Below are positions 38,986 through 48,479 of a stretch of DNA of 64,000 nucleotides, one piece after another. The DNA comes from an uncultured Spirochaetia bacterium. GTDB taxonomy: Bacteria > Spirochaetota > Spirochaetia > CAKZLE01. The stretch covers positions 64,142 to 128,141 of the forward strand of contig CAKZLE010000018.1 of assembly GCA_937125225.1 (NCBI GenBank), read 5' to 3'. Position numbers and translations under genes: made by a program. Position 1 is the first letter of the stretch; every line of letters begins with the position of its first letter. Under the pieces are notes generated by a model, which made no database searches, had not been told where the DNA came from, and saw only the letters and a program-made list of their open reading frames with translations.

Positions 38986-39894
38986 ATGAAAACTCTTAAA
39001 CGAAAAACTTTTTATCTTCTTATACTGCTGTTTTTTGGAACTTGTATGGTCTGTTATGCGAACCCATTAACGGTGAAAGCCGTACAATGGGAGATGGGAG
39101 AACAGTATATCACAGACCAGCAACAGTTCTGGGATGATGTAGAGATCATCCTTGATGATAGCACAGAGGGGGCACTAGTCGTCTTCCCTGAATATACGAG
39201 TGTCTTCCTTGCCCTTGATAGTTACGGTCACATCATCGAGAGACATGATGATTTTCTCTCGGCCTGGAATGAGATCTCTTCAGTCTATGGACATGCGTCG
39301 ATACGAGAGCTGTTCATCAAGGAGTCACTCTATATACACCAGATGCTCTACAGGTGGCAGCAATTAGCTCGAGAGTATAGGTGTTATATCATCCCAGGCT
39401 CCTTTTTTACCTATGACTTCGATCAAAAGGCTCTAGTGAACAGGACCGTCGTGATCGACCCCTCGGGGACTACGATCTATTCGCAGGACAAGGTCTTCTG
39501 TACCCCCTTTGAGGAATACTATTGTGGAATTGAAGGGGCAGCGGTAGAAGATGCAGCTCCCTTTATGATCAATGGTCAAAAGATAGCCCTGACTCTCTGC
39601 AGGGATACCTTCTTCAAGCAATGGGATCCTCAGATGGGTCGTGTCGATCTCTGGATCGATATCAAGGCTAATGGTGCAGCCTATGATCTGACAGAACAAC
39701 AACGGTTCGAGCGAGGTGTGCCGGTACGGATCAAGAACACCGGGAGCCGGTATGGTCTGACCCTCTGTCTTACCGGATCTCTTTTTGACCTCTTCTGGGA
39801 GGGGGAGAGTTCCTTGAAAGAGACTTCTGGGCTAAAGGTGATAGCTTCAGAGACGACTCGTGAGTATGACCACTTTTCCTTTGTTATTGACTAG
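38986..39894 (+). CDS. carbon-nitrogen hydrolase family protein with N-terminal signal/anchor
   Basis: VVFPEY (Glu), K and LTLCRDTFF (Cys) catalytic-triad context. Hydrophobic N-terminus. Confidence 0.55.
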   Translation: MKTLKRKTFYLLILLFFGTCMVCYANPLTVKAVQWEMGEQYITDQQQFWDDVEIILDDSTEGALVVFPEYTSVFLALDSYGHIIERHDDFLSAWNEISSVYGHASIRELFIKESLYIHQMLYRWQQLAREYRCYIIPGSFFTYDFDQKALVNRTVVIDPSGTTIYSQDKVFCTPFEEYYCGIEGAAVEDAAPFMINGQKIALTLCRDTFFKQWDPQMGRVDLWIDIKANGAAYDLTEQQRFERGVPVRIKNTGSRYGLTLCLTGSLFDLFWEGESSLKETSGLKVIASETTREYDHFSFVID

Positions 39895-39966
39895 TAATAT
39901 AGTATAATCAGGGGGACTACAGATCAGAGATCGGTTTTACATGAAGATGATTGCTACGATTCCTCT

Positions 39967-40542
39967 GTGAGCAAGGAGTCCTTTATGAAAAGAAGATATC
40001 TTATATTTTTTATGATGCTCGTGTTGATTCCCTCGTTCCTCTTTGCTTCTGGCAAGGCTGAGAGCGAACCTCAGGCAGTCACCTCAGCCTCTCTTCCCTA
40101 CAAGACGGTAGATATTGCCGGAGTGGTTATCGATTGGGAGCGTAAAGGTTATGAGATCCTCTTCACGATCACAGCCCCAACAACGGGGTGGGTCGCGCTC
40201 GGTATAGATCCTACTCAGAAGATGAGAGATGCTCAATTCATGATCGGTTATGTCACCGATTCTGGTGAAGTAGTCATCAGAGATGATTTTGGAGTATCCC
40301 CCTTTGCCCATAAGTCTGACCTTTCAATGGGTGGAGATGATGATATAAGAGTCATAGAGGGCTACGAGAAGGATGGTTCAGTGACCTTGTCCTTCGCATT
40401 CCCAGCCAGCTCTTCTGATCTGTATGATGTGATCCTGACTGCAGAGGAGGTTCATACCTTCTTAGTAGCCTATGGAGCAGATGGAGCAGATGATTTCACC
40501 TCAAGACATCGAAAGATCGGAAAGGTAGACGTTCAGTTCTAA
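39967..40542 (+). CDS. secreted DOMON-like domain protein (putative)
   Basis: Signal peptide plus a ~150-aa all-beta domain with GWVALGI...MIGY pattern. Weak call. Confidence 0.35.
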   Translation: MSKESFMKRRYLIFFMMLVLIPSFLFASGKAESEPQAVTSASLPYKTVDIAGVVIDWERKGYEILFTITAPTTGWVALGIDPTQKMRDAQFMIGYVTDSGEVVIRDDFGVSPFAHKSDLSMGGDDDIRVIEGYEKDGSVTLSFAFPASSSDLYDVILTAEEVHTFLVAYGADGADDFTSRHRKIGKVDVQF

Positions 40543-41444
40543 CCGGTGGTTATCCTATTACGTCCATTCTGCTTGCTCTGATACATAAGGTCATCAGCTC
40601 TGTTGACAATAGACTCGATGGTGTCCTCTGTCCTGATCATGGTGAGACCTGCTGAGATCGTAACCTGAACCTTACTATTCTCATGCTCGATAAAGGATTT
40701 TTGGATAAGGATCCTGAGGCGATCAGCGAGGTCTATAAGGTCCTCCTCAGAAATATTCCTGATGATACCTATGAACTCTTCTCCACCCCAACGTCCAAAG
40801 AGGTCAAAGGTTCTGGCATTTGTCATAAGAGTCTTAGAAACTAGCGTAAGAACCTGATCCCCCACAGGATGTCCATAGGTGTCATTCACCTTCTTGAAAT
40901 GGTCGATATCGAAGAATAGGATTCCAAAAGGAACTTTATAACGTCTGAATTCATCTAATCTCTGAGACAGGTCTTCCTGTATGTAGGTACGATTGGCAAG
41001 CTGCGTGAGGGGGTCGAGTAGGGCAAGCTTCTCAAGTTCTTTGATGCGTAATTGTGCAGCCTCTTTTGTGGAGATATCAGAGAAGATCTCAATACCCTGT
41101 ATGACCTCACCCTCGGTATTCTTGATGACAGAGGTTCGAACAGATACCGGGACTCGATGTCCACTCTTATGGTGGAGGAACACCTCCTGCATTCGATTCT
41201 TTGAATCTTTGATCGTCGCATGAAGAGGACAACCGTGCAGACAGAGGTTTACTCCGTCCTTGTCCACATGAACGAGTATATTATCAGAACATTTCTTACC
41301 CAAGACCTCTTCACTCGTATACCCGGTAATCCGTTCAGCACCTGAACTCCAGAACACGATCCGCTTTGAGGTGTCAGTGATGTATATCCCATCAGTGATG
41401 ATCTCAAGTATTGGTTCTATTTTAGAATTAAAATCGTTTAACAT
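40539..41444 (-). CDS. PAS-domain diguanylate cyclase (GGDEF)
   Basis: PAS then GILFFDIDHFKKVND...RWGGEEF. Confidence 0.85.
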   Translation of the reverse strand: MLNDFNSKIEPILEIITDGIYITDTSKRIVFWSSGAERITGYTSEEVLGKKCSDNILVHVDKDGVNLCLHGCPLHATIKDSKNRMQEVFLHHKSGHRVPVSVRTSVIKNTEGEVIQGIEIFSDISTKEAAQLRIKELEKLALLDPLTQLANRTYIQEDLSQRLDEFRRYKVPFGILFFDIDHFKKVNDTYGHPVGDQVLTLVSKTLMTNARTFDLFGRWGGEEFIGIIRNISEEDLIDLADRLRILIQKSFIEHENSKVQVTISAGLTMIRTEDTIESIVNRADDLMYQSKQNGRNRITTG

Positions 41445-41643
41445 ATATTACCCCTTACCAGTATAGGAAGAGTATAACACATGTTGGAAAAAAATGCGGT
41501 ATTGTATGATTATGCAAAACATAACCAGTGTGTAGACACTGAAATATATTACATCTCCTTAGTAGGGCTGCATTTTTAAGGACATGTCACTTTAAAACGA
41601 GTGACAAATAGGGTATTATCAATGAATAAGAAGAGGTGCTCGT

Positions 41644-42627
41644 ATGTTCACTCCACAGTCTCTACTCATTACCGGTGGTGCCGGATTCATCGGTTCGCAT
41701 CTAGTCTTGGATCTCATCAGGCGCTATCACTATGGGGGGCGCCTCGTCATCGTGGATCTAGAGACCTATGCAGCCGACCCGCATCGTCTCGATCCTGTAC
41801 GGGAGGATATCATCTATATCAACGCCGACATAACTGATACCTCGAAGATGGGTTGTATCATCGCTGAATATGGGATAGATACGATCATCAATCTAGCAGC
41901 AGAGAGCCATGTCGATCGTTCGATCAGCACCCCTCGTTCTTTTATCCAGACCAACATCATCGGGACCTTCTCACTCCTCGAGGCTGCAAGAGTCTCCTGG
42001 AAGGGTAGGAGCGATGTCCGCTTCTATCAGATGAGTACCGATGAGGTGTTCGGAGAGCTAGATGAGAGGGGGCTGCCCTTCACAGAATCCTCCGCCTATG
42101 CCCCAAGGAGTCCCTATTCCTCTTCAAAGGCCTCCGCAGATCATCTTGTGAGATCCTATGGTCATACCTATGGTCTTCCTATCCTCATCTCACATTGTTC
42201 GAACAACTATGGACCCTACCAGCATGAAGAGAAGTTCATCCCCAAGGCTATCTTGAATCTAGCAGCGGGAAAGAACGTACCTCTCTACGGTGATGGCTCA
42301 CATAGAAGAGATTGGATCTATGTTTCTGATCATATACACGGGATCTATCAGGTGCTCACTACAGGTAGACCCGGCGAATCTTATGCGATCGGGTCTGGGA
42401 CCATGATCGAGAATCGCATCCTTCTACGTTATATCATAGGACTTCTTGCTCCAAGACTCTCAAAGAGTATTGAGGAGTTAACGACATTGATCACCTATGT
42501 CAATGATCGTGCCGGCCATGATAGAGGGTACTGTATCGATAGTACTAAGATCCAGGATGAGCTAGGTTGGGATATGATGACACCCCTTCAGATGGGGATG
42601 AGTTTAACTATTGATTCCTACCTTTAA
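41644..42627 (+). CDS. rfbB: dTDP-glucose 4,6-dehydratase
   Basis: TGGAGFIGS, STDEVFG, YSSSKASADHL. Confidence 0.8.
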   Translation: MFTPQSLLITGGAGFIGSHLVLDLIRRYHYGGRLVIVDLETYAADPHRLDPVREDIIYINADITDTSKMGCIIAEYGIDTIINLAAESHVDRSISTPRSFIQTNIIGTFSLLEAARVSWKGRSDVRFYQMSTDEVFGELDERGLPFTESSAYAPRSPYSSSKASADHLVRSYGHTYGLPILISHCSNNYGPYQHEEKFIPKAILNLAAGKNVPLYGDGSHRRDWIYVSDHIHGIYQVLTTGRPGESYAIGSGTMIENRILLRYIIGLLAPRLSKSIEELTTLITYVNDRAGHDRGYCIDSTKIQDELGWDMMTPLQMGMSLTIDSYL

Positions 42628-42790
42628 CCTGTATACTTATGTGAAATACTGGTTAACAAATATTTATAATGTGAAATCTATCACATAAATAGAAAAAAGA
42701 TGTAAATAACCCCTTAAATCTAAGATATATTGATAAATACTTGAATATTATATTGACTACTTCATTCAGCTTTATTATCCTAAAAATGAA

Positions 42791-42810
42791 AAGTATGAAA
42801 AATCATACTT
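42791..42810. promoter_or_regulatory. inverted repeat AAGTATGA-N4-TCATACTT upstream of the AbrB-like/CoADR operon
   Basis: ~20 nt upstream of the preferred start in an AT-rich promoter region. Confidence 0.3.
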
Positions 42811-42829
42811 GTATGAATACGGAGGAAGC

Positions 42830-43051
42830 ATGTTAGAGTTCAAAGATGGTACTTGTGTATGTGGGACAGTGAAAGTCGGTGAACGAGGACAAGTCGTGAT
42901 CCCTAAGAAGGCTCGAGATCACTTCAATATCAAGCCAGGAGATTCACTTGTGGTCCTTGGAGATAAGGATAAGGGTATCACCCTTTTTAAAGCTGAGAAT
43001 CTTCAGGATTTTGCAGCATTTCTGATGAACAATGCGCAGGAGGAAGTATGA
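42830..43051 (+). CDS. AbrB/MazE/SpoVT-type DNA-binding domain protein
   Basis: GERGQVVIPKKARDHFNIKPGDSLVV swapped-hairpin signature. GGAGGAA RBS before ATG 42830. Confidence 0.6.
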   Translation: MLEFKDGTCVCGTVKVGERGQVVIPKKARDHFNIKPGDSLVVLGDKDKGITLFKAENLQDFAAFLMNNAQEEV

Positions 43052-45516
43052 AAGTCATAATTATCGGCGGAGTAGCAGGTGGTGCGAGTGCCGCAGCACG
43101 ATTGAGAAGATTAGGTGAAGAGCATGAGATCGTCATGTTCGAACGTGGAAAATATATTAGCTTTGCAAATTGTGGGTTACCCTATCACATCGGTGGATCC
43201 ATCAAAGAACGTGATAATCTGCTTGTACAGACTGTCGAGGGTATGACAGAACGATTCAATATCGATATCAGGATCCAGAATGAGGTCCTTTCCATAGATC
43301 CAGAGAAGAAGACTGTTCTTGCCAAGAATCTTCTCACGGGTAATGAATATACAGAGAACTATGACAAACTGCTTCTCTCCCCCGGTGCAGAACCTTCAAG
43401 ACCACCGATCCCCGGAATCGATTCAGACAGAATCCTCACTTTGAGGAATATGACCGATATGGATCGAATCATCGAGAAGATCGAATCTAGTGATGCCCAG
43501 AGAGCTGTTGTCATCGGAGCCGGCTTCATCGGTATGGAGATCGCAGAGAACCTCCATGAGAGAGGGATCTCTGCTATCGTCGTAGAGAAGATGGACCAGG
43601 TCCTAGCTCCTGTCGATATAGAGATCGCAGCACCCGTTCACCAGCACTTCAAAGAGAACCATATCGGTCTCTATCTTGGAGATGGGGTGACCAAGTTCAC
43701 CGAAAGTAGAGATACGATCGACGTATCCCTCGAAAGTGGTGCGGAGTTGAAAGCCGATATCGTGATCTTGGCGATCGGGGTACGTCCTGAGACTTCACTA
43801 GCTGTAGGAGCTGGACTCGAGACGGGAAAGACCCGTGGGATAAAAGTGAATGAATATCTTCAGACTTCGAATGAGGACATCTACGCGGTAGGTGATGCGA
43901 TCGAAGTGAAGAACTACATAAATGGTAATGAAGCTTTGATACCTCTAGCATGGCCTGCAAACCGACAGGGTCGAATCGTCGCAGATAATATGCTCGGTGT
44001 GAACAAGAAGAGTTACACCGGTTCATTAGGAACCGCGATCCTTAAGGTGTTCGACCTGACGGTATCTGCAACCGGTGTAAACGAGAAGGTCCTGAAAGCT
44101 TCAGGAATGGAGTATGGTAAGGATTATCATGTAGTGACAGTGAACAGGAATAACCATGCCGGTTACTATCCGGGAGCTGTTCCCTTTACCCTTAAACTGA
44201 TCTTCTCACCTGAAGGTAAGATATTCGGGGCACAGGGAGTAGGGTATGATGGAGTCGATAAGCGAATCGATGTCATAGCCACGGCGATCAAGGGTAATAT
44301 GGATATCTATGATCTCCAGGAGCTTGAATTGGCCTATGCACCTCCCTACAACTCAGCGAAGGACCCGGTGAATATCGCAGGGTATGCTGCTGAGAACCTT
44401 CTCAGAGGTATGGTCAAGAGCTTCAGATGGTATGAACTCGAAGCACTTGCTCAGAGAGAAGATACCGTCCTCCTCGATATCAGGACCAAAGATGAGAATG
44501 AACTGGGAGTCATCCCGGGATCAGTGAATATCCCGGTAGATGAATTGAGATCTCATCTGAAAGAGCTCGATAACACAAAGACCTATCTCGTCTACTGCCA
44601 GGTCGGTCAGAGAGGGTATGTTGCTGCAAAGATCCTTGATCATGCAGGTTTCAAGACTATGAACCTCGATGGTGGGTACAAGTTGTGGCAGCCTCTATTC
44701 CTTCCACAGGACAACAGAAAGGACTTCGCACAGCTTATAGATGCTGCAGGTGGACCTCGAAAGAGTTCGGCACCGGTCAAGAAAGCTGACAGTAAGAGTA
44801 TTGAGCTCGATGCCTGTGGCCTTCAGTGTCCAGGACCGATCATCAAGACCAAACAGGCTATGGATGGGCTGTCTGAGGGGGATGTTCTCATCATCAAGGC
44901 TACAGACCCCGGTTTCAAGAAGGATATCGGTGTTTGGGCTGAGAAGACAGGAAACTCCATGATCTCTGTCGATAGTAAGGGAGGCCTCATCGAGGCACAG
45001 ATCCTCAAAGGTAAGGAGCAGGCCCATAACCGACCAGCTCTCGAGAAGGACAGACAGACTATCGTTGGTTTCAGTGGTGATATGGATAAGGCGATCGCGA
45101 CACTGATCATTGCCAATGGTGCACTAGCCATGGGAAAAGAGGTCTCGATCTTCTATACCTTCTGGGGACTGAATATATTAAGAAAGAGTAATAAGGTGAA
45201 GGTCAAGAAGACCTTTATCGATAGACTCTTTGGAGCCATGATGCCTAGAGGTGCCGATGAACTGACGCTCTCCAAGATGAATATGGGTGGCATGGGAACG
45301 AAGATGATGAAGTTCGTCATGAAGAAGAAACGGGTAGATTCTGTACAGGATATGCTGGAATCCTTCATCGAGAATGGTGGCAAGATCATTGCCTGTACCA
45401 TGTCGATGGACATCATGGGAATCAAGGAAGAGGAACTCCTCGATGGTATCGAGTATGGTGGTGTAGCCTCCTATCTCGGAGATGCTCAAGAGGCTTACAG
45501 TAACCTGTTCATCTAA
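43048..45516 (+). CDS. CoA-disulfide reductase-like FAD oxidoreductase fused to rhodanese, TusA-like and DsrE/DsrF-like domains (putative NAD(P)H-dependent persulfide reductase/sulfurtransferase)
   Basis: GGVAGGASAA FAD site, SFANCGLPY redox Cys, YCQVGQRG rhodanese loop, LDACGLQCPGP TusA motif, C-terminal DsrE-like domain. Confidence 0.8.
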   Translation: MKVIIIGGVAGGASAAARLRRLGEEHEIVMFERGKYISFANCGLPYHIGGSIKERDNLLVQTVEGMTERFNIDIRIQNEVLSIDPEKKTVLAKNLLTGNEYTENYDKLLLSPGAEPSRPPIPGIDSDRILTLRNMTDMDRIIEKIESSDAQRAVVIGAGFIGMEIAENLHERGISAIVVEKMDQVLAPVDIEIAAPVHQHFKENHIGLYLGDGVTKFTESRDTIDVSLESGAELKADIVILAIGVRPETSLAVGAGLETGKTRGIKVNEYLQTSNEDIYAVGDAIEVKNYINGNEALIPLAWPANRQGRIVADNMLGVNKKSYTGSLGTAILKVFDLTVSATGVNEKVLKASGMEYGKDYHVVTVNRNNHAGYYPGAVPFTLKLIFSPEGKIFGAQGVGYDGVDKRIDVIATAIKGNMDIYDLQELELAYAPPYNSAKDPVNIAGYAAENLLRGMVKSFRWYELEALAQREDTVLLDIRTKDENELGVIPGSVNIPVDELRSHLKELDNTKTYLVYCQVGQRGYVAAKILDHAGFKTMNLDGGYKLWQPLFLPQDNRKDFAQLIDAAGGPRKSSAPVKKADSKSIELDACGLQCPGPIIKTKQAMDGLSEGDVLIIKATDPGFKKDIGVWAEKTGNSMISVDSKGGLIEAQILKGKEQAHNRPALEKDRQTIVGFSGDMDKAIATLIIANGALAMGKEVSIFYTFWGLNILRKSNKVKVKKTFIDRLFGAMMPRGADELTLSKMNMGGMGTKMMKFVMKKKRVDSVQDMLESFIENGGKIIACTMSMDIMGIKEEELLDGIEYGGVASYLGDAQEAYSNLFI

Positions 45517-45539
45517 AAGAACTATTGATCATCTATAGG

Positions 45540-45565
45540 AGGGCTGGACTTGAGTGTTCAGCCCT
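45540..45565. terminator. bidirectional terminator hairpin between convergent genes
   Basis: AGGGCTG-N12-CAGCCCT followed by CTTTG. Confidence 0.45.
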
Positions 45566-45574
45566 CTTTGACGT

Positions 45575-46798
45575 TCAGACCTTCTCTGTCTTGATTCCCA
45601 GATAGAGGAGACCCGATAGGATCAAGAGGATTCCTGTGATAGTCCAGGTGGTAGGAATACCATAATACTCAGCGATCAACCCTCCTGCCAAAGATCCAAG
45701 AACACCTCCGAGTTGAAGAGCGAAAGAGGAGAGTGATAGTATCGTCGATCGGCGTTCTGAGGGGACCTGGTCGTTCAGTAATGTGTCATGAGGGGAGGAA
45801 GAAGCTCCGTTGAAGCTGAACAGGAGGATATACCAGAAGGCGAATCCCGGTATTCCCTGCTGTCTGGCCAAGAAGATATAGCCTAGACCGAATAGGGCCA
45901 TATTCACCGCAAGTAGTAGCGGGAACCTTCCAGAGGCCTTTCTTGCGATAGGGATCATCAAAGCTGATCCTACGGCTGCTGAAATGAAATAACCAGCTGA
46001 GAGTGCACCGAATATCCAGGAGTCCATCGACTCTGAACCTATCTGTGCCACTCGCGGTTGCCAGAGATTCTCTAGTGTGGAGAGACCGATACCTAAGGAG
46101 AAGGTGGCTATCAGAAGCAGGAGGATCGTACGGTGCGAGAACCCGAATCTCATAGAGGAGATCAATTGCTGAGAAAGACTCTTCTTCTCTGAGAGTCCCA
46201 CGCGATCCTCATGAATGAAGAACACCGTATAGATCATCAGTAATACGAGAATTATCATGATAGCTATCAGATTCGCACTATACTCATCAAGAAATCTCAT
46301 TGGCTCTAAGAGGATTCCTATGGTGTCGGGAAGAATCCCTCCGATGATAGAACCAAGCCCGAGAGCGATGAGGATGATGATCTCATTGATTGCTAGCGCT
46401 TTCTGCAGATTACCTTCTGGTTCGGCTCTATGGAACTCATCTACGAACCATGCTGCCATCGAGCCTGAGTTTAGAGCCTTCGAGACTGCATAGACTATGA
46501 GGACCGCCACCACGGTGATGAAGGAGGAGGCGAAGATGAGGAGAATCATCGAAAGGAGATAGATTGCAGTGGCGATGAGATAGATCCTCTTCCTCCCATG
46601 GATATCGGCAAGAGAGCCTGTAGGGATCTCAAGGACGATGATCGTAGTTCCGAAGGCTGCCATAGCGGTCCCGATCTGCAGGAGATCGAGGCCTTTACTC
46701 TGTTGGATCAGGATGAAGACGGGGATGATGATCCCCAGACAGAGCCAGTGCAGTGTTTGGTGGATCCCATAGCGGATCATCAGTGATCTCTTTGTCAT
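45575..46798 (-). CDS. MFS transporter
   Basis: 12 TM, DIHGRKR motif A. Confidence 0.7.
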   Translation of the reverse strand: MTKRSLMIRYGIHQTLHWLCLGIIIPVFILIQQSKGLDLLQIGTAMAAFGTTIIVLEIPTGSLADIHGRKRIYLIATAIYLLSMILLIFASSFITVVAVLIVYAVSKALNSGSMAAWFVDEFHRAEPEGNLQKALAINEIIILIALGLGSIIGGILPDTIGILLEPMRFLDEYSANLIAIMIILVLLMIYTVFFIHEDRVGLSEKKSLSQQLISSMRFGFSHRTILLLLIATFSLGIGLSTLENLWQPRVAQIGSESMDSWIFGALSAGYFISAAVGSALMIPIARKASGRFPLLLAVNMALFGLGYIFLARQQGIPGFAFWYILLFSFNGASSSPHDTLLNDQVPSERRSTILSLSSFALQLGGVLGSLAGGLIAEYYGIPTTWTITGILLILSGLLYLGIKTEKV

Positions 46799-46998
46799 AT
46801 TTCGTATCCTTACCGGAGGAGTAAAACCTTTCTCAGTCTATCATAGAGAGATATTTTCTGCTACGATGGTTTTACCTGTTCCCATGTTGTAAAAGTATGG
46901 GATTTTGGGTATAACCTATAGCTATAACCAATAACAGAATCATGGTATCCCGCATCCATGGGGATCTCATGAAATACATGATAATGAAAGGACTTAAT

Positions 46999-48477
46999 AT
47001 GAGTGTACGTGTGCGATATGCACCATCTCCAACAGGCCTGCAGCATATCGGAGGAGTGAGAACTGCGGTATTCAACTATTTCTTCGCAAGAGCGAATGGT
47101 GGGTCATTTATTTTACGAATAGAAGATACTGACCAGGAACGATTCCATCAGGAGGCATTGGATGACCTCTATGAGACATTGGAATGGCTCGGGATCGACT
47201 GGGACGAGGGCCCCCAAAAGGGTGGCAATCACGGTCCTTATGTTCAGTCAGAGAGATTTCATCTCTATAAGGAATATGCACAGAAACTCGTCGATGATGG
47301 AAAGGCCTATTACTGCTATTGTACCTCACAACGTCTTGCAGACCTCAGAGAGGAGCAGCAGAAGAGTAAGAGTAAATACCAGGGGTATGACAGACATTGT
47401 CAGCACCTCTCAGTAGATGAGATAGCTGAGTATGAGAGACAGGGGATAAAACCGGTGATCAGACTCAAAGTACCTCTTGAGGGAAAGACCACTTTCCATG
47501 ATGAACTCATGGGTGATATCACACGAAAGAACAAGGATGTGAGTCCTGACCCGGTACTGTTGAAATCTGATGGTTTCCCTACCTATCATCTTGCCAATGT
47601 TATCGACGACCATTTTATGGAGATCACCCATATCATGAGAGCACAGGAGTGGATCCCCTCAGGACCCCTTCATATTCTGCTCTATGAAGCCTTTGGTTGG
47701 GAACCTCCAAAGTATTGTCATCTCCCCATGGTCATGGGAAAAGATGGACAGAAACTTTCGAAGAGACATGGCTCAACAGCGGTTCATGACTTCAAGGCTG
47801 CAGGATATCTTCCTGAAGCGATCCTGAACTATATCAGCCTGCTTGGTTGGTCCTTCGATGATAAGACCGAGTTCTTCACAAAAGAGGAGCTAGAGAAGGT
47901 CTTCACTCTTGAGAAGATAAACAAGGCACCAGGTGTCTTCGATTATAAGAAGCTCCTCTGGTTCAATGGACAGTATATCAGACAGATGAGCCAAGAAGCG
48001 TTACGTGATGCTGTACTTCCCTTTCTTATCAGCGATGAGGTGGTAGCAGATCCACCGACAGCTGAGCAGGAGAAGATCATCGGGAAGATGATCCCGATCA
48101 TCCAGGAACGGTTGAAGCTTCTCAGTGATGTCAGTGCTATGACACGATTCCTCTTTCAGGATATCGAAGCTCCAACGAGTGACTCACTCATCCCTAAGAA
48201 GCTCGATCTTGCAAAGACGCTTGCCATCCTTGTCGAGGGACGGATCCTCGTAGAGCAGATGGGCGATAAGGATGATGAGGTTCTTGAAGCTGAGTATCGT
48301 GATGCAGCACAGAGATTGGAAGTCAAACTAGGAGCGATACTGATGCCACTGCGAGTAGCAGTCACCGGAAGCGCTATCTCCCCACCACTGTTCGAGTCGA
48401 TCAGATTGTTGGGGATAGAGAAGACACTTGCTCGATTGGATCGGGTAATCACACAGATCAAAGTAGAGGTGGAATAA
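46999..48477 (+). CDS. gltX: glutamate--tRNA ligase
   Basis: PSPTGLQHIGG, KLSKR. ATG 46999 with AAAGGA RBS preferred over the track start. Confidence 0.9.
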   Translation: MSVRVRYAPSPTGLQHIGGVRTAVFNYFFARANGGSFILRIEDTDQERFHQEALDDLYETLEWLGIDWDEGPQKGGNHGPYVQSERFHLYKEYAQKLVDDGKAYYCYCTSQRLADLREEQQKSKSKYQGYDRHCQHLSVDEIAEYERQGIKPVIRLKVPLEGKTTFHDELMGDITRKNKDVSPDPVLLKSDGFPTYHLANVIDDHFMEITHIMRAQEWIPSGPLHILLYEAFGWEPPKYCHLPMVMGKDGQKLSKRHGSTAVHDFKAAGYLPEAILNYISLLGWSFDDKTEFFTKEELEKVFTLEKINKAPGVFDYKKLLWFNGQYIRQMSQEALRDAVLPFLISDEVVADPPTAEQEKIIGKMIPIIQERLKLLSDVSAMTRFLFQDIEAPTSDSLIPKKLDLAKTLAILVEGRILVEQMGDKDDEVLEAEYRDAAQRLEVKLGAILMPLRVAVTGSAISPPLFESIRLLGIEKTLARLDRVITQIKVEVE

Positions 48478-48479
48478 AG

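Noticed and set aside
44695-45489. Several 73-110-aa ORFs on both strands
   Set aside because: Embedded within the 822-aa CoADR-fusion gene, whose frame has continuous domain signatures.
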